A DNA stretch of 40,880 nucleotides from Chlamydiota bacterium (GTDB lineage Bacteria; Chlamydiota; Chlamydiia; Chlamydiales; RGXB01): assembly GCA_947494155.1 (NCBI GenBank), contig CANLTW010000012.1, positions 1-40,880 on the forward strand. Direction: 5' to 3'. Below, piece after piece: positions 38,347-40,880 of the stretch. The first letter of the stretch is position 1, and every line of letters begins with the position of its first letter. A program made the position numbers and the translations under genes. The notes under the pieces are model-generated. The model was not told the origin of the DNA. It ran no database searches and saw nothing but the letters and a program-made list of their open reading frames with translations.

Positions 38347-39630
38347 ATGAATAAAGAGCTTATTGCCATATTTGAGTATCTCGAAAGAGAAAAAGGGATC
38401 AAACGCGATGTGATCATCAAGGCTATCGAAGAGTCCCTTACAATCGCAGCGCGCAAAAAGAACAAAGGCGTCAATAACGTAGTTGTTGAGGTCAATCCTA
38501 AAACCGGTTCTATTGTCGCTATCGCACACAAAGAGGTTGTTGACCATGTAGAGTATCCGGAAGAGGAAATCCTTCTCAAAGACGCACAAGCTCTTGACGC
38601 AAAGGTCAAGATCGGCGACTGGATCGACATCGAGGTTACTCCCGAAGATTTCGGGCGGATTGCTGCGCAAACCGCTCGTCAAGTAATCTCTCAAAAACTG
38701 CGCGGAGCAGAAAAAGAGGTTATTTACGAGGAGTTTCGTCATAGAGCTGGAGAGATTATCTCCGGTTCTATTCGTAGAATCTCCAAGGGTGGAACTCTCA
38801 TCGTAGATCTTGGAAAAGTCGAGGCTCTATTACCTACCCGTTTCTACCCAAAAGGGGAAACCTATGCTGTAGGCGATAAAGTTCTGGCTCTCCTTTTAGA
38901 AGTGCAAGATACCGAAAGTGGCGGAGCCGAGGTGATCCTATCTCGAAGCCACCCCGATTTCGTTGTTGCCCTTTTGCAACAAGAGGTTCCAGAATTAGCC
39001 GAAGGTGTTATACAGATTCGGAAAATCGTTCGCGATGCGGGATTCCGCACTAAAATCGCTTTAGTTTCTTCAGATATGAAGTTAGATCCTGTGGGTGCTT
39101 GTGTCGGAGTGCGCGGAAGCCGTATCAAAAACGTCTTGCGTGAACTCGGTCATGAGAAAATCGACCTCTTTCCCTGGAGTGATAACCCGGTACAGCTCCT
39201 CAAAAACGCCCTCTCTCCCTGCGACATCCGTCGCATCGATGAGACCGAAGAAGGCGACTTTGTGATAGTTGTTGCAGATGAATCTTACCCCTCAGCACTC
39301 GGCAGACGTGGAGCTAATGCCCGTCTCACCGCTGACCTCCTTGAAAGACGGTTAGAAATCTTCAAGGAATCTGAATTTGAGCGTGGCGCTTATGAAGAGC
39401 AAAGAAGACTTGCCCTTTCAGAAGAACCCATACTCGATTCCCCTCTCACCGACCTCCAAGGAGTCAACCAGCTCGTAATTGATGCGTACATCCAAGTCGG
39501 TCTGGACACAATGAGAAAAATTTTACAAAAGAATGCTGCGGAGATCTCTCGCGAAACTGGCTTAAGCCTAGAGATTGTCGAGGACACTATCGACCGCATT
39601 CGTAAGCACGTAGGAAGTTCGATTGGCTAA
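38347..39630 (+). CDS. nusA: Transcription termination/antitermination factor NusA
   Basis: FGRIAAQTARQVI, ILSRSHP, RDAGFRTK, DPVGACVGVRGSR. Confidence 0.97.
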   Translation: MNKELIAIFEYLEREKGIKRDVIIKAIEESLTIAARKKNKGVNNVVVEVNPKTGSIVAIAHKEVVDHVEYPEEEILLKDAQALDAKVKIGDWIDIEVTPEDFGRIAAQTARQVISQKLRGAEKEVIYEEFRHRAGEIISGSIRRISKGGTLIVDLGKVEALLPTRFYPKGETYAVGDKVLALLLEVQDTESGGAEVILSRSHPDFVVALLQQEVPELAEGVIQIRKIVRDAGFRTKIALVSSDMKLDPVGACVGVRGSRIKNVLRELGHEKIDLFPWSDNPVQLLKNALSPCDIRRIDETEEGDFVIVVADESYPSALGRRGANARLTADLLERRLEIFKESEFERGAYEEQRRLALSEEPILDSPLTDLQGVNQLVIDAYIQVGLDTMRKILQKNAAEISRETGLSLEIVEDTIDRIRKHVGSSIG

Positions 39631-40880
39631 GAATCTAAAGATTAACGTTAAAAATAGTCAACTCAGTCAAGTTCTTAAAGGGATTCGTCAAAAAAAAGGC
39701 GAATCTTCTGAACTTGAGACTAAAGACAGTGAGACAGAGGCCAAAACGGTCGAATCTCCGATAACGGAAAAACCAGCACCCAAAAAAGTTTCTCGAGCAA
39801 AAAAACCTGTGGCTGCAGAGGCTAAGGAGACACCTATTGCTTTTGATGAACCCGCTATCGAAAAGACAAAACCCATAATCGAATCTCATCCTAAAGAAGA
39901 ACGTCTTTCAAAGATTGAAAAAGAAATCTTCAAAGAAGAGGTTTTGGATAAATCATTTGAGGATGAAGTGCCTACAAAAACAGAAAAACCTGCGTCTTCT
40001 TTTGAACAGAGAGCGCAGCGTTCTATTGAACCCCATCAACGAACAACTCGTCCCAGTTTTTCCTCTGAGAGAACCTCCAAACCGTCTGGTTTCCAACCTA
40101 AAAGCATGAGCTTTGAAAAGCCAACTGAAGGATACCAGCGCTCAAGTTATACCACAGGGCCGCGTTACAACAATAACGATCAGCCAGTTTCTGGTCGCGC
40201 AGAGCCCCGTATCACCTCCTCTTACTCTACAGAGCGTCGTTACCAACCCTCCTCGTCACCAGACTCCCAAACAGAGCAAGGTGCTAAGGCTGCAGATCAA
40301 ACTCAATCTCCAGCTGCAGAAAGGCGCGCTTATCCACCTCGCGAAGGGCAAGAAAGGAGATCCTATCCTCCAAGAGACGGCAGTGAGCGTAGCTCCTACC
40401 CACCTCGCGAAGGTCAAGAAAGGAGATCCTACCCTCCAAGAGAAGGTGGTGAGCGTAGCTCCTACCAACCTCGCGAAGGTCAAGAGAGGAGATCCTATCC
40501 TCCAAGAGAAGGTGGTGAGCGTAGCTCCTACCCACCTCGCGAAGGTCAAGAGAGAAGACCTTATCCTCCAAGAGAAGGCGGAGAAAGACGCCCGTATACT
40601 CCACGAGAAGGTGGCGAGCGTGGATCTTATCCCCCACGAGAAGGGCAAGAAAGAAGACCTTATCCTCCAAGAGAGGGTGGGGAGCGTGGCTCTTACCCAC
40701 CTCGCGAGGGTCAAGAGAGAAGACCATACCCTCCAAGAGAGGGCGGAGAAAGACGCCCTTATCCTCCAAGAGAGGGTGGTGAACGTGGATCGTACCCTCC
40801 TCGCGAAGGGCAAGAGAGAAGACCATACCCTCCAAGAGAAGGGGGCGAAAGACGCCCTTATACTCCAAGAGAGGGTGGTG
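39623..40880 (+). CDS. infB: Translation initiation factor IF-2, N-terminal part (runs off the window; not in the ORF track)
   Basis: TTG start overlapping the nusA stop, AGGAAG SD 5 nt upstream; frame open to the end; MAKNLKINVKNSQL resembles chlamydial IF2 N-termini; follows nusA. The GTPase domain is not in the window. Confidence 0.85.
   Translation, partial: MAKNLKINVKNSQLSQVLKGIRQKKGESSELETKDSETEAKTVESPITEKPAPKKVSRAKKPVAAEAKETPIAFDEPAIEKTKPIIESHPKEERLSKIEKEIFKEEVLDKSFEDEVPTKTEKPASSFEQRAQRSIEPHQRTTRPSFSSERTSKPSGFQPKSMSFEKPTEGYQRSSYTTGPRYNNNDQPVSGRAEPRITSSYSTERRYQPSSSPDSQTEQGAKAADQTQSPAAERRAYPPREGQERRSYPPRDGSERSSYPPREGQERRSYPPREGGERSSYQPREGQERRSYPPREGGERSSYPPREGQERRPYPPREGGERRPYTPREGGERGSYPPREGQERRPYPPREGGERGSYPPREGQERRPYPPREGGERRPYPPREGGERGSYPPREGQERRPYPPREGGERRPYTPREGG
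40319..40880 (+). repeat. Coding tandem repeat, 33-bp unit, 17 complete copies, continuing off the edge
   Basis: Translated by hand: ERRAYPPREGQ ERRSYPPRDGS ERSSYPPREGQ ... ERRPYTPREGG. Confidence 0.97.

Noticed and set aside
36594..39889. Many antisense ORFs over rpsA, nusA and infB (up to 227 aa)
   Set aside because: Expected from codon bias in highly expressed genes; no protein-like motifs
40256..40868. Two minus-strand repeat ORFs (185 and 194 aa)
   Set aside because: Antisense shadows of the infB repeat, which lacks stops in those frames
40319..40880. 33-bp periodic array as a possible CRISPR
   Set aside because: No unique spacers; units are contiguous, in frame and vary largely at synonymous sites; no cas genes

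Overview
Gene-dense chromosomal backbone, most likely from an environmental member of the phylum Chlamydiota. Gene order supports this: rpsA-nusA-infB without rimP, rpe...efp-accB-accC with the divergent chlamydial EF-P paralog, tRNA-Val/Asp next to yitT, and the DapL route to m-DAP. The window has about 40 CDS and 4 tRNAs without encoded CCA. I see no CRISPR, IS, prophage or integrase. The left edge looks like an rRNA operon promoter and leader on the minus strand, running off at or near the 16S 5' end. The right edge lies inside a 33-bp tandem array within infB, a gene the ORF track missed. The window may therefore be a whole contig broken at repeats on both sides. Most notable: (1) an IF2 N-terminus with at least 17 ER(R/S/G)(S/P)YPPREG(G/Q) repeats rich in Pro-Pro; (2) a type II NADH dehydrogenase fused to an intact cyclic-nucleotide-binding domain; (3) yvcK plus a HAD gene between rpe and efp; (4) a cluster of two putative OM beta-barrels and an HExxH membrane protein; (5) a streamlined m-DAP cluster followed by an Ala/Gly symporter; (6) repeated signs of leaderless or near-leaderless mRNAs. 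All family calls come from recognising motifs by eye; no searches were run.
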